Below are positions 8,439-22,609 of a stretch of 32,000 bases of DNA, piece after piece; within the stretch, counting starts at the first letter, position 1; each line of letters starts with the position of its first letter. Below the pieces are notes generated by a model that was not told the origin of the DNA, ran no database searches, and was given only the letters and a program-made list of their open reading frames with translations. The stretch is from Kineococcus radiotolerans SRS30216 = ATCC BAA-149 (GTDB taxonomy: Bacteria; Actinomycetota; Actinomycetes; Actinomycetales; Kineococcaceae): NCBI RefSeq assembly GCF_000017305.1, contig NC_009664.2:3810001-3842000 (forward strand), in the 5' to 3' direction. Made by a program: the position numbers and the translations under genes.

Positions 8439-9076
8439 GCAGGAAGGTCGTCGTCCTCGACTACGGCTTCGGCAACGTCCGTTCCGCGGTCCGCGCGCTG
8501 GAACGGGTCGGCGCCGACGTGGAGCTCACCGCCGACCGGAAGCTCGCCCTGGAGGCCGACGGCCTGCTCGTGCCGGGCGTGGGCGCCTTCGCGGCCGTGA
8601 ACCAGGGGCTGCAGTCCATCGGCGGGGACTCCATCGTGGACCGGCGCCTGGCCGGCGGTCGTCCGGTGCTGGGGATCTGCGTCGGGCTGCAGGTCATGTT
8701 CGAGACCTCCACCGAACCCGGCGAGGGGGTTCCCGACGGCCTCGGCCAGTGGCCGGGGACCGTCGAGCGCCTGCCCGCGGACGTGGTGCCGCACATGGGC
8801 TGGACCCCCGTCGAGCCGCCCGCCGGGTCGCGGTTGTTCGCCGGCGTCGAGGACGAGCGGTTCTACTTCGTGCACTCCTACGCCGTGCAGCGCTTCGAGA
8901 TGCTCGACACCACCGCCGGGCGGGTGCCGCTGCCGCAGATCACCTGGGCCGAGCACGGAGCCCGCTTCGTCGCGGCGGTGGAGAACGGTTCGCTGTCGGC
9001 CACCCAGTTCCACCCGGAGAAGTCCGGCGACGCGGGGGCGCAGCTGCTGCGCAACTGGGTGGACTCCCTGGGCTGA
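8435..9076 (+). CDS. hisH: imidazole glycerol phosphate synthase, glutamine amidotransferase subunit
   Basis: 213 aa. The GTG start overlaps the hisB stop (GTGA). Class-I GATase motifs present (GICVGLQ, FVHSY, QFHPEKS). Confidence 0.95.
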   Translation: MSRKVVVLDYGFGNVRSAVRALERVGADVELTADRKLALEADGLLVPGVGAFAAVNQGLQSIGGDSIVDRRLAGGRPVLGICVGLQVMFETSTEPGEGVPDGLGQWPGTVERLPADVVPHMGWTPVEPPAGSRLFAGVEDERFYFVHSYAVQRFEMLDTTAGRVPLPQITWAEHGARFVAAVENGSLSATQFHPEKSGDAGAQLLRNWVDSLG

Positions 9077-9132
9077 GGCGCGGCCCGGGCCCGCGGCGGT
9101 GGGACGCGGTCCCGGCCGGGGGCCCGGGCTCG

Positions 9133-9149
9133 TAGACTCGCCCCCCGTG
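9133..9149 (+). promoter_or_regulatory. -10 hexamer TAGACT 8 nt upstream of the priA GTG; internal his promoter with a leaderless-type start
   Basis: CGTAGACTC-gccccc-CGTGAC, lying in the 70-nt hisH-priA gap. Confidence 0.45.
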
Positions 9150-9902
9150 ACCAGCGAGAACACCCCCACCGCCACCCGCCGGCTGGAACTGCTCCCGGCC
9201 GTCGACGTCGCCGACGGCCAGGCCGTCCGCCTCGTCCAGGGCGAGGCCGGCAGCGAGACCTTCTACGGCGCCCCCCTCGACGCGGCGCTGGCCTGGCAGG
9301 AGGCCGGCGCCGAGTGGGTGCACCTGGTCGACCTCGACGCCGCGTTCGGCCGCGGTTCCAACCGCGAGCTGCTGGCCGAGGTCGTGGGGCGCCTCGACGT
9401 CGCGGTGGAGCTGTCCGGCGGCATCCGCGACGACGCCTCCCTGGAGGCCGCGCTGGCCACCGGCTGCCGCCGGGTCAACCTCGGTACCGCCGCCCTGGAG
9501 GACCCCGACTGGACCCGCAGCGCCATCGCCCGCCACGGCGACCGCATCGCCGTCGGGCTCGACGTGCGCGGCACGACGCTGGCCGCGCGCGGCTGGACCC
9601 GCGAGGGCGGGGACCTCTGGGAGGTCCTGGCCCGCCTCGACGCCGACGGCTGCGCGCGCTACGTCCTCACCGACGTCACCAAGGACGGCACCCTGCGCGG
9701 TCCGAACACCGACCTGCTGCGCGAGGTCTGCGCGCGCACCCAGGCCCCGGTCGTCGCCTCCGGCGGCGTGTCCAGCCTGGAGGATCTGCGGGTCCTGCGC
9801 GGACTGGTCGACCTCGGGGTCGAGGGGGCCATCGTCGGGAAGGCGCTCTACGCCGGGAACTTCACCCTGCCGCAGGCGCTGGACGTGGCGGGCCGGCCCT
9901 GA
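9147..9902 (+). CDS. priA: bifunctional HisA/TrpF-type phosphoribosyl isomerase (PriA)
   Basis: 251 aa from GTG 9147, with the HisA barrel motifs [18 protein letters not shown] and [15 protein letters not shown] lies 8 nt upstream. The 16 codons from 9099 look non-coding. Confidence 0.9.
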   Translation: MTSENTPTATRRLELLPAVDVADGQAVRLVQGEAGSETFYGAPLDAALAWQEAGAEWVHLVDLDAAFGRGSNRELLAEVVGRLDVAVELSGGIRDDASLEAALATGCRRVNLGTAALEDPDWTRSAIARHGDRIAVGLDVRGTTLAARGWTREGGDLWEVLARLDADGCARYVLTDVTKDGTLRGPNTDLLREVCARTQAPVVASGGVSSLEDLRVLRGLVDLGVEGAIVGKALYAGNFTLPQALDVAGRP

Positions 9903-10657
9903 CCGGGTCCCACGACCCGGGGGCCACGGACTCCGCCGGCGTCCCCTGGGCCGGCAGGACGCTGCAGCCCAACGCCTTCGCCGGTGACGACGGCACCCGG
10001 GCCGCGGACCTCGCCCGCGCGCTCTCGGCCTGGGCCGCCGTCGGGGACGACCCCCTGGCCCGGCTCGGCGCGGAGCGCGTCGTCGTCGCCGCGCTGACCG
10101 GCAGCCGCGTGTTCGCCCCCGTCGTGGCGGAGCTGGGGGAGCTCGACGCCGACGGCGGGGACAAGAGCGCCGACATGGCGCTGGCGCTGCTGACCCGGCC
10201 CGACGGCCGGCGCGGGCTCCCGCTGTTCACCGACCTCGCGGCGCTGGCGGCGTGGCGGCCCGACGCCCGTCCGGTGCCGGTGCCCGCGGAGCAGGCGGCG
10301 CTGTCGGGGGTGCAGGAGGAGTGCGACGTGCTCGTCCTCGACCCGGCCGGGCCGGTGCGCTTCGTGGTGCGCCGCAGCGCGTTCTGGTCCCTGGCCCGGG
10401 GGACGGCGTGGGTCCCCGCGGCCCTGGACCCCGCCGTGGCGGAGGCCGTGCGTGCCGCCGCCGACGGCTTCGACGTCGTCCGCGGGACGCGGTGCGAGCC
10501 CGGCCGGGGTGCGGAGCTGCGGGTCGTGCTCGGGCTCGCTCCCGGGCTCACCCGCGAGGCGGTGGACGAGGTCCTGCGCGGGGTGGGGGAGCGGCTCGCG
10601 ACCGGCGTCGTCGCCGAGCGCGCGGAGTCGGTCGAGTTCCGGGTCCTGCCCGCCTGA
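9899..10657 (+). CDS. SseB family protein (start uncertain: CTG 9899 or CTG 9962; first canonical start GTG 10109)
   Basis: SseB-like strings are present (FAGDDG near the N-terminus, [13 protein letters not shown]). The frame is open and almost 100% G/C at third positions from 9902 on, but there is no in-frame ATG/GTG/TTG before 10109. The stop at 10655-10657 is followed by a strong hairpin. Confidence 0.6.
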   Translation: MTGSHDPGATDSAGVPWAGRTLQPNAFAGDDGTRAADLARALSAWAAVGDDPLARLGAERVVVAALTGSRVFAPVVAELGELDADGGDKSADMALALLTRPDGRRGLPLFTDLAALAAWRPDARPVPVPAEQAALSGVQEECDVLVLDPAGPVRFVVRRSAFWSLARGTAWVPAALDPAVAEAVRAAADGFDVVRGTRCEPGRGAELRVVLGLAPGLTREAVDEVLRGVGERLATGVVAERAESVEFRVLPA

Positions 10658-10662
10658 CCGCC

Positions 10663-10699
10663 GCGGTGGTCCTGCCGGGGACCCCGGCAGGACCACCGT
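10663..10699. terminator. bidirectional hairpin between the convergent sseB-like and doxX-like genes
   Basis: cGGTGGTCCTGCCGGGG-a-CCCCGGCAGGACCACCg, a 17-bp perfect palindrome centred at 10681. Confidence 0.65.
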
Positions 10700-10705
10700 C
10701 GCGCC

Positions 10706-11269
10706 TCAGGAGGCGACGGGCGTCCCGGGGCCGTCGGCGGGGGCGTCGGCCGCTTCCTGGGCCTGCGCGTCCGCGGCGACGGTCGCCTGGCGCTGCTTGA
10801 TGGTGGCGTAGGCGCCGGCCCCGGCGCCGGCGAGCGCCAGCACCGTCGTCCAGCGCTTGTTGAGCGCGTGGCCCGTGGCGGCGTCCAGGCTGAAGCGGCC
10901 GGGGCCGCTCACGGCCAGCGCGGCGGACACCAGGCCCAGGACGGCGGGGTACTCGAAGCCGCCGGAGGTGGTGAAGAAGCCGTTCGGCTTGTGCACGAAG
11001 GCGGCGGCCACCATGGCGGCCGCGGCGGAGGCGCCCCCGACGGGGGTGGCCAGGCCGAGGACGAGCAGCGCCCCGCCACCGGCCTCGCTGGCGCCGGCCA
11101 GCACGGCGTTGCGCTTGCCGGGGCGGAAGCCCATGGCGTGCATGGCGCCGGCGGTGCCTTCGATGCCGCCGCCGCCGAAGGCGCCGAAGAGCTTCTGGGC
11201 GCCGTGGGCGACCAGCGTCCCGCCGACGCCGAGTCGCAGGGCGAGCAGGCTGAGGTCGTTCGAGCTCAC
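10706..11269 (-). CDS. DoxX family membrane protein
   Basis: 187 aa from GTG (11267-11269), with GGAGGA 5 nt upstream. DoxX-like helices present (LALRLGVGGTLVAHGAQKLFG, FVHKPNGFF). Ala/Gln-rich C-terminal tail. Confidence 0.75.
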   Translation of the reverse strand: MSSNDLSLLALRLGVGGTLVAHGAQKLFGAFGGGGIEGTAGAMHAMGFRPGKRNAVLAGASEAGGGALLVLGLATPVGGASAAAAMVAAAFVHKPNGFFTTSGGFEYPAVLGLVSAALAVSGPGRFSLDAATGHALNKRWTTVLALAGAGAGAYATIKQRQATVAADAQAQEAADAPADGPGTPVAS

Positions 11270-11340
11270 GGGGGTCCTCCAGGTGCTTGCGTGTTCAAGG
11301 GTCGGACCCATTCGACCACCGACGGGCGCGGCCGGCCACG

Positions 11341-11360
11341 GCGGGTGCGTCCGCACCCGC
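11341..11360 (-). terminator. hairpin downstream of the DUF1844 gene
   Basis: GCGGGTGCG-tc-CGCACCCGC, 45 nt past the stop on the minus strand. No U-tract. Confidence 0.4.
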
Positions 11361-11404
11361 GGCGGGCACCGGCGGCGGCCGCGGCCGTCACCGCCCGGAC
11401 CCCC

Positions 11405-11767
11405 TCAGACCACGCTGCCCGTGAGGCGTTCCCCGGGTCCCTTGCCCGGGGCGTCGGGCACGTCGGAGGCCTCCCGGAAGGCCAGCTGCAGCGAACGCAG
11501 CCCGTCGCGCAGGGAGCGCGCGTGCTGCCCGCCGAGGTCGGGGGCCGAGGTGACGACGAGACCGGCGAGGGCGGTGATGAGGATGCGGGCCTCGGCGAGG
11601 TCGAGGTGCTGCTCGGCGTCGGGCCCCTCGGCCAGCCCGCACTTCACCGCGGCGGCGCTCATGAGGTGCACCGCGGTCGTCGTGATGAGCTCGGCGGCGG
11701 GGACGTCGGCGATGTCGCGGGCCGCGGCGCCGCTGGGGTCGTCGCTGGGAGTGGTGTCTGACTGCAT
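11405..11767 (-). CDS. DUF1844 domain-containing protein
   Basis: 120 aa, acidic. The core [13 protein letters not shown]....[16 protein letters not shown] matches my recollection of DUF1844 proteins, which sit next to infC in actinobacteria. Not searched. Confidence 0.6.
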   Translation of the reverse strand: MQSDTTPSDDPSGAAARDIADVPAAELITTTAVHLMSAAAVKCGLAEGPDAEQHLDLAEARILITALAGLVVTSAPDLGGQHARSLRDGLRSLQLAFREASDVPDAPGKGPGERLTGSVV

Positions 11768-11986
11768 GCTGGTACCCTGACAGGCGACCGACCGGCTCGC
11801 GTCACCGGTCCACGATCCGTGGACCGATCTCGCAGGGCCGGCACGCGAAGCGGAGGCCTCCTCCCACCCCGGCGCTCACCGCGCCGCGGGTCCCGGTCCG
11901 CGCCCCTCCTCGGGGGGGTGCAGCGACGCCCGTCGTCGTCGTGTCCTCGTGGGCACGCCGTGGACGTCAGCGCCGCCGGAACCGGC

Positions 11987-12021
11987 AAGGCCTCCGTCTC
12001 GCGTCCGCGCACGGGGGCCTT
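11987..12021 (+). other. stable hairpin in the putative infC 5' untranslated region
   Basis: AAGGCCTCCGT (11987-11997) pairs with ACGGGGGCCTT (12011-12021): 11 bp including one G-U, with a 13-nt loop. It lies 40 nt upstream of the ATC start. Confidence 0.3.
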
Positions 12022-12061
12022 CCTCGTGTCCGGCGGACCGACGACGACGAAGGAGCAGCAC

Positions 12062-12751
12062 ATCAGCGAGCCCCGCATCAACGACCGCATCCGTGTTCCC
12101 GAGGTGCGGCTCGTGGGCCCCAACGGCGAACAGGTCGGCATCGTGCGCGTCGAGGACGCGCTGCGGCTGGCGGACGAAGCAGGCCTCGACCTGGTCGAGG
12201 TCGCTCCCACGGCACGGCCTCCGGTCTGCAAGCTCATGGACTTCGGCAAGTTCAAGTACGAGTCCGACATGAAGGCCCGCGAAGCCCGCAAGAACCAGTC
12301 GAACACGATCCTCAAGGAGATCCGCTTCCGCCTGAAGATCGACCCGCACGACTACGCCACCAAGAAGGGGCACGTCGAGCGGTTCCTCAAGGCGGGGGAC
12401 AAGGTCAAGGTGATGATCATGTTCCGCGGTCGCGAGCAGTCCCGCCCCGAGATGGGCTTCCGGCTGCTGCAGCGTCTCGCGGAGGACGTCTCCGACCTGG
12501 GTGGCGTGGAGAGTTCGCCCCGCCAGGACGGCCGCAACATGGTGATGGTCATCGGGCCGCACAAGAAGAAGGCCGAGGCCAAGGCCGAGGCGAAGGCCGA
12601 GGAGCGCCGCCGCAAGGACTCCGAGAGCGCCGAGGCCGCCGAGCAGCCCGCCGCTCCGCAGCCCGGGGCCGCGGAGCAGCCGCAGCCCACCGTCCAGCCG
12701 GAGACCGTGGCCGAGGCCGCGCCGGACGAGACGGCCGCGACCGCGTCCTGA
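12062..12751 (+). CDS. infC: translation initiation factor IF-3, non-canonical ATC start
   Basis: The IF-3 N-terminus (I)[19 protein letters not shown] begins at ATC 12062, with AGGAG 6 nt upstream. The in-frame region upstream, back to GTG 11819, is Arg/Ser-rich with relaxed third-position G/C. Low-complexity C-terminal tail. Confidence 0.85.
   Translation: MSEPRINDRIRVPEVRLVGPNGEQVGIVRVEDALRLADEAGLDLVEVAPTARPPVCKLMDFGKFKYESDMKAREARKNQSNTILKEIRFRLKIDPHDYATKKGHVERFLKAGDKVKVMIMFRGREQSRPEMGFRLLQRLAEDVSDLGGVESSPRQDGRNMVMVIGPHKKKAEAKAEAKAEERRRKDSESAEAAEQPAAPQPGAAEQPQPTVQPETVAEAAPDETAATAS
12569..12604 (+). repeat. in-frame 3 x 12-nt tandem repeat AAGGCCGAGGCN encoding (KAEA)3 in the IF-3 C-terminal tail
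   Basis: Read directly: aaggccgaggcc aaggccgaggcg aaggccgaggag. Confidence 0.85.
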
Positions 12752-12758
12752 CGTCGAG

Positions 12759-12785
12759 GCCCGCGCGACCGCGAGGTCCGCGGGC
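12759..12785 (+). other. hairpin with GNRA (GCGA) tetraloop in the infC-rpmI spacer
   Basis: GCCCGCG-c-GACC-GCGA-GGTC-CGCGGGC: 11 bp with one bulge, starting 8 nt after the infC stop. Confidence 0.35.
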
Positions 12786-12833
12786 ACCCGCCAGACAACG
12801 CCGGGACACCCGGCACCGAACACAGGAGATGAC

Positions 12834-13028
12834 GTGCCCAAGAACAAGACCCACTCCGGCGCCAAGAAGCGGTTCCGCATCACCGGCTCCGGCAAGGTCA
12901 TGCGCGAGCAGGCCAACAAGCGCCACCTGCTCGAGGTGAAGTCCAGCAAGCGCACCCGTCGCCTCTCGGTCGACCAGGTCGTCTCGCCCGCGGACGTGAA
13001 GAAGATCAAGAAGCTCCTCGGCCGCTGA
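12834..13028 (+). CDS. rpmI: 50S ribosomal protein L35
   Basis: 64 aa, [27 protein letters not shown] lies upstream of the GTG start. Confidence 0.95.
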   Translation: MPKNKTHSGAKKRFRITGSGKVMREQANKRHLLEVKSSKRTRRLSVDQVVSPADVKKIKKLLGR

Positions 13029-13092
13029 GCCCGCGGACCTGACGCGGAGCCGGTCCACCGACCGGCACCGCGACCCACCGACCCCCGCGGGC
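13029..13092 (+). other. nested RNA structure in the 140-nt rpmI-rplT spacer
   Basis: Outer 8-bp helix GCCCGCGG (13029-13036) with CCGCGGGC (13085-13092). It encloses the hairpin 13044-13071 (GCGG-a-GCCGGT, loop, ACCGGC-a-CCGC). Confidence 0.35.
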
Positions 13093-13168
13093 GCGCGACC
13101 CGACCGGATCCACCCGACCCGGGCGGGTTCCGCCGCCGCCCGCGACACCGACCAGCAAGGAGTTCCCC

Positions 13169-13558
13169 GTGGCCCGCGTGAAGCGCGCAGTCAACGCCCA
13201 GAAGAAGCGCCGCACCGTCCTCGAGCAGGCCAGCGGTTACCGCGGCCAGCGCTCGCGGCTGTACCGCAAGGCGAAGGAGCAGGTCACCCACTCCCTCGTC
13301 TACGCGTACCGCGACCGCAAGGCCCGCAAGGGCGACTTCCGTCGCCTCTGGATCCAGCGCATCAACGCCGCGGCGCGCGCCGAGGGCATGACGTACAACC
13401 GGTTCATCCAGGGCCTCAAGGCCGCGGAGATCGAGGTCGACCGTCGCATGCTCGCCGAGCTCGCCGTCTCCGACCCGGCCGCCTTCGGTGCGCTGGTGCG
13501 GACCGCCAAGGCTGCGCTCCCGGTCGCCCCCGTGGCCGCCGAGGGCACCGCCGCCTGA
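13169..13558 (+). CDS. rplT: 50S ribosomal protein L20
   Basis: 129 aa, [15 protein letters not shown]...[13 protein letters not shown] lies 6 nt upstream of the GTG start. Confidence 0.95.
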   Translation: MARVKRAVNAQKKRRTVLEQASGYRGQRSRLYRKAKEQVTHSLVYAYRDRKARKGDFRRLWIQRINAAARAEGMTYNRFIQGLKAAEIEVDRRMLAELAVSDPAAFGALVRTAKAALPVAPVAAEGTAA

Positions 13559-13590
13559 GCACCCCGCTGAACGACACCGGACGCCCGGCA

Positions 13591-14442
13591 GTGCCGCACC
13601 CCGACCTCCCCCTCCTCTCGAACCCTCGAGCGGAGCGGGTGCGGGGGGTGCGGTCGCTGACCGGGCGTTCGGCGCGTTCGCGCCACGGCCGGTTCCTCGC
13701 CGAGGGGCCCCAGGCCGTCCGCGAGGCCGTCGCCGGGGGCGCCGCCCTCGAGCTGTACGCCACCGCCGAGGCCGCGCAGCGCTACCCCGAGGTCCTCGCC
13801 GCCGCGGCGACGGCGGGCGGGCCGAGGACGTGGCTCGTCACCGACGAGGTCCTCGCCGCGATGACCGACACCGTGACCCCGCAGGGGCTGGTCGCGGTCT
13901 GCCCCACCACCACGAGCACCCTCGACGACGTGCTCGCCGCCCGGCCGCGGCTGGTCGCCGTCCTGGACCGGGTCCGCGACCCCGGCAACGCGGGCACCGT
14001 GCTGCGGGCCGCCGACGCCGCCGGCGCCGACGCCGTCGTGCTCACCGAGGGCAGCGTCGACCCCTTCAACCCCAAGTGCGTCCGCTCCACCGCCGGCAGC
14101 CTCTTCCACCTGCCCGTGGTCGTGGGCGTCCCGCTCGCCGACGCCGTCACGGCGCTGCGGCGCGCCGGGTCGACCGTGCTGGCGGCGGACGGCGAGGGGG
14201 ACCTCGACCTCGACGACCTCGCCGACGCCGCCGCGCGGGGCGTCGTCGACGGCGTGGACCTGCGCCGCCCCACGGCCTGGGTCTTCGGCAACGAGGCCGC
14301 CGGGCTGGACGCCGCCGGGCGGGGCCTGGCCGACGCCGTCGTCCGCGTCCCCCTGCACGGTCGCGCCGAGAGCCTCAACCTCGCCACGGCCGCCGTCGTC
14401 TGCCTGTACGCCAGCGCCCGCGCGCACCGCCGCCCCGCCTGA
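13591..14442 (+). CDS. TrmH/SpoU family RNA 2'-O-methyltransferase (TsnR-like)
   Basis: 283 aa. SpoU motifs present (DPGNAGTVLRAADAAG, FGNEAAGL, ESLNLATAA). Same position as the tsnR-like gene after rplT in other actinobacteria. Confidence 0.85.
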   Translation: MPHPDLPLLSNPRAERVRGVRSLTGRSARSRHGRFLAEGPQAVREAVAGGAALELYATAEAAQRYPEVLAAAATAGGPRTWLVTDEVLAAMTDTVTPQGLVAVCPTTTSTLDDVLAARPRLVAVLDRVRDPGNAGTVLRAADAAGADAVVLTEGSVDPFNPKCVRSTAGSLFHLPVVVGVPLADAVTALRRAGSTVLAADGEGDLDLDDLADAAARGVVDGVDLRRPTAWVFGNEAAGLDAAGRGLADAVVRVPLHGRAESLNLATAAVVCLYASARAHRRPA

Positions 14443-14522
14443 GCCGCCACCCCCGGGCCCGCCGTCCCGTCCCCGCCGGGACCCGCGGGAGCGCGCCCGG
14501 TGGTGCCCGGTGCCGGATGGCC

Positions 14523-14534
14523 TAACCTCACAAC

Positions 14535-14537
<3 letters not shown>
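14523..14537 (+). promoter_or_regulatory. -10 hexamer TAACCT 6 nt upstream of the histidine kinase GTG
   Basis: TAACCT-cacaac-GTG, with no SD. Confidence 0.4.
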
Positions 14538-16988
<2,451 letters not shown>

Positions 16989-16989
<1 letters not shown>

Positions 16990-19545
16990 TGCGCGTCCCG
17001 CTGAGCTGGCTCGCCGAGCACGTCGACCTCGAACCCGGCGCGCGCGGCGTCGACGTCGCCGCCGCCCTGGTCCGCGTCGGGCTGGAGGAGGAGGGGCTGC
17101 ACACCGCCGGGATCACCGGCCCCCTCGTCGTCGGCCGCGTCCTGGACCTGGCGAAGGAGCCGCAGAAGAACGGCAAGACGATCAACTGGTGCCACGTGGA
17201 CGTCGGCCCGGAGCACAACGGTCCCGAGGGGAACCGCGGGATCGTCTGCGGGGCGCACAACTTCGTCGAGGGTGACCTCGTCGTCGTCGCCCTGCCCGGC
17301 GCGGTCCTGCCCGGCGACTTCGCCATCGCCGCCCGCAAGACCTACGGGCACGTCTCCGACGGCATGATCTGCTCGTCGAAGGAGCTCGGCCTGGGCACCG
17401 ACCACGACGGGATCATCGTCCTGTCGCAGTTCCTGCCCGGGGTGGAGGTGACCCCCGGCCAGGACGCGCTGGCCCTGCTCGGCCTCGCCGAGGAGACCGT
17501 CGAGGTCAACGTCACCCCCGACCGCGGCTACTGCTTCAGCATCCGGGGCGTCGCCCGCGAGTACGCCCACGGCACCCGCCGCCCGGTCGCGGAGGTCCTG
17601 CGCGACCCGGTCGCCGTCGACGTCCCGCTCCCGAGCGGCCCGGGGTACCCCGTGCGGCTGGCCGACGACGCCCCCCTGCGGGGGGCGGTGGGCTGCGACC
17701 GGTTCGTGGCGCGCGTGGTGCGGGGCGTCGACCCGACGCGCCCCTCGCCGCGCTTCGTCGCCGACCGGTTGCGCCAGGCCGGGATGCGGCCGATCTCCCT
17801 GGCCGTCGACGTGACCAACTACGTGATGCTGGCCACCGGTCAGCCGCTGCACGCCTACGACCTCGACACCCTCCAGGGCGAGCTCGTGGTGCGGCGGGCC
17901 CGGGCGGGGGAGGAGCTCACGACCCTCGACGGGGTGCGGCGCACGCTGCACCCCGAGGACCTGCTCATCACCGACGAGGTCCCCGGGGACCCCTCGACGT
18001 CCCGGGTCCTGAGCATCGCGGGCGTCATGGGCGGGGCCTCCACCGAGGTCTCGGCCACGACGACGACCGTCCTGCTGGAGGCCGCGCACTTCGCCGCCGT
18101 CGGCGTCGCCCGCAGCGCCCGCCGGCACCGGGTGCCCTCCGAGGCCGCCAAGCGCAACGAGCGCGGCACCGACCCGACGATCTGCGCGCAGGCCGCGGAG
18201 CTCGCCGTCCGCCTGCTCGTCGAGCACGGCGGGGGGACCCCGGACCCGGGCGCCACCGACGTCGGCGGCCCCGCCGCCCGCACGGCGATCACGATGGACG
18301 CCGGCTTCCCCGAGCGGGTCGTGGGCGTGCGCTACGACGCCGGCCAGGTCGTCGCCGCCCTCACCGAGATCGGCTGCGAGGTCGCCGTGGAGGGGACCTC
18401 GCTCACCGTCCTCCCGCCGCCGTGGCGCCCCGACCTGGTGGGCCGCGTGCACCTCGTCGAGGAGGTCGCCCGGCTCTCGGGGTACGACGAGATCCCCTCG
18501 GTGCTGCCCCCCGCCCCCGCCGGGACCGGGCTCACCCCGGCGCAGCGGGCCCGGCGCTCGCTGGCCCGGGCGCTGGCCGACGACGGCTTCGTCGAGGTGC
18601 TCAGCTACCCCTTCGTCGCCCCCGGGGTGCACGACGCGCAGCGGATCCCCGACGGGGACGCGCGCCGGGACGCCCTGCGGCTGGCCAACCCGCTGTCGGA
18701 GCAGCAGCCCCTGCTGCGCACCAGCCTGCTCGATTCGCTGGTGGAACCGGTGCGGCGCAACGTCTCCCGCGGCCTGCGCGACCTGGCCGTGTTCGAGGTG
18801 GGGTCGGTCACCCGACCTCGTCCGGCCACGGGGCCGGCGGAGGTGCTCGGGGTCGAGGGGCGTCCCTCCGACGAGGAGCTGGACCGGCTCCGGGCCGCGG
18901 TGCCGCCGCAGCCGCTGCACGTGGCGGGGGTCCTGACCGGCACCCGGCGCCGTCCGGGTGTCGTGGGGGACTCCTTCGCCCGCACCGCGGAACCGGCGGG
19001 CTGGGCCGACGCGATCGACGCCGCCCGCACGGTGGCGGCCTCCGTCGGGGTGCCCGTGGCGGTCGAGGCGGCCGAACGGGCCCCGTGGCACCCGGGCCGC
19101 TGCGCGCGGATCACCACCAGGCAGGGCCACACCGTGGGGTACGCGGGCGAACTGCACCCCGGTGCCGTCGCCGCCCTCGAGCTGCCCGCCCGCGCCGCCG
19201 CCTTCGAGCTCGACCTGGACGTCCTGCTCGACCAGGTCGGGGCGAGCCCCCAGGTCGACTCCCTCTCCGGCTACCCGGCCGCGACCCAGGACGTCGCCCT
19301 GGTGGTCGACGCCGCGGTGCCCGCGGCGTCCGTGGAGGCGGCGCTGCGGTCGGGGGCGGGTCCGCTGCTGGAGGACGTGCACCTCTTCGACGTCTACACC
19401 GGCGCGCAGGTCGGGGAGGGGCGCAAGTCCCTCGCCTACGCCCTGCGGTTCCGCGCCCGGGACCGGACGCTGACCGCGGAGGAGGCCAGCGGCGCCCGCG
19501 ACGCCGCCGTCGCCGAGGCGGTCTCCCGCACCGGGGCGGTGCAGC

Positions 19546-19553
<8 letters not shown>
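16989..19553 (+). CDS. pheT: phenylalanine--tRNA ligase beta subunit
   Basis: 854 aa, MRVPLSWLAEHVDL start. The ATG overlaps the pheS stop by 1 nt (TGATG). The tRNA-binding, B3/4, B5 and FDX-ACB domains occur in the expected order by eye. Confidence 0.95.

Positions 19554-22605
<3,052 letters not shown>

Positions 22606-22609
<4 letters not shown>

Noticed and set aside
9314-9898. GTG 9314 as the start of the sseB-like gene
   Set aside because: It would add about 195 codons of Arg/Pro-rich sequence entirely inside priA in another frame.
11819-12061. Long form of infC starting at GTG 11819
   Set aside because: The extension is Arg/Ser-rich and has relaxed third-position G/C. The conserved IF-3 N-terminus begins at ATC 12062 with a well-spaced AGGAG, and atypical infC starts are an established phenomenon.
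11876-13291. 471-aa minus-strand ORF across infC/rpmI/rplT, and other long off-frame ORFs (for example 14568-16055, 20327-22609 N-terminal part, 22668-23504, 24260-24775, 25913-27679)
   Set aside because: All overlap confidently identified genes in another frame or strand and have the Arg/Pro/Gly-rich composition of GC-driven pseudo-ORFs.
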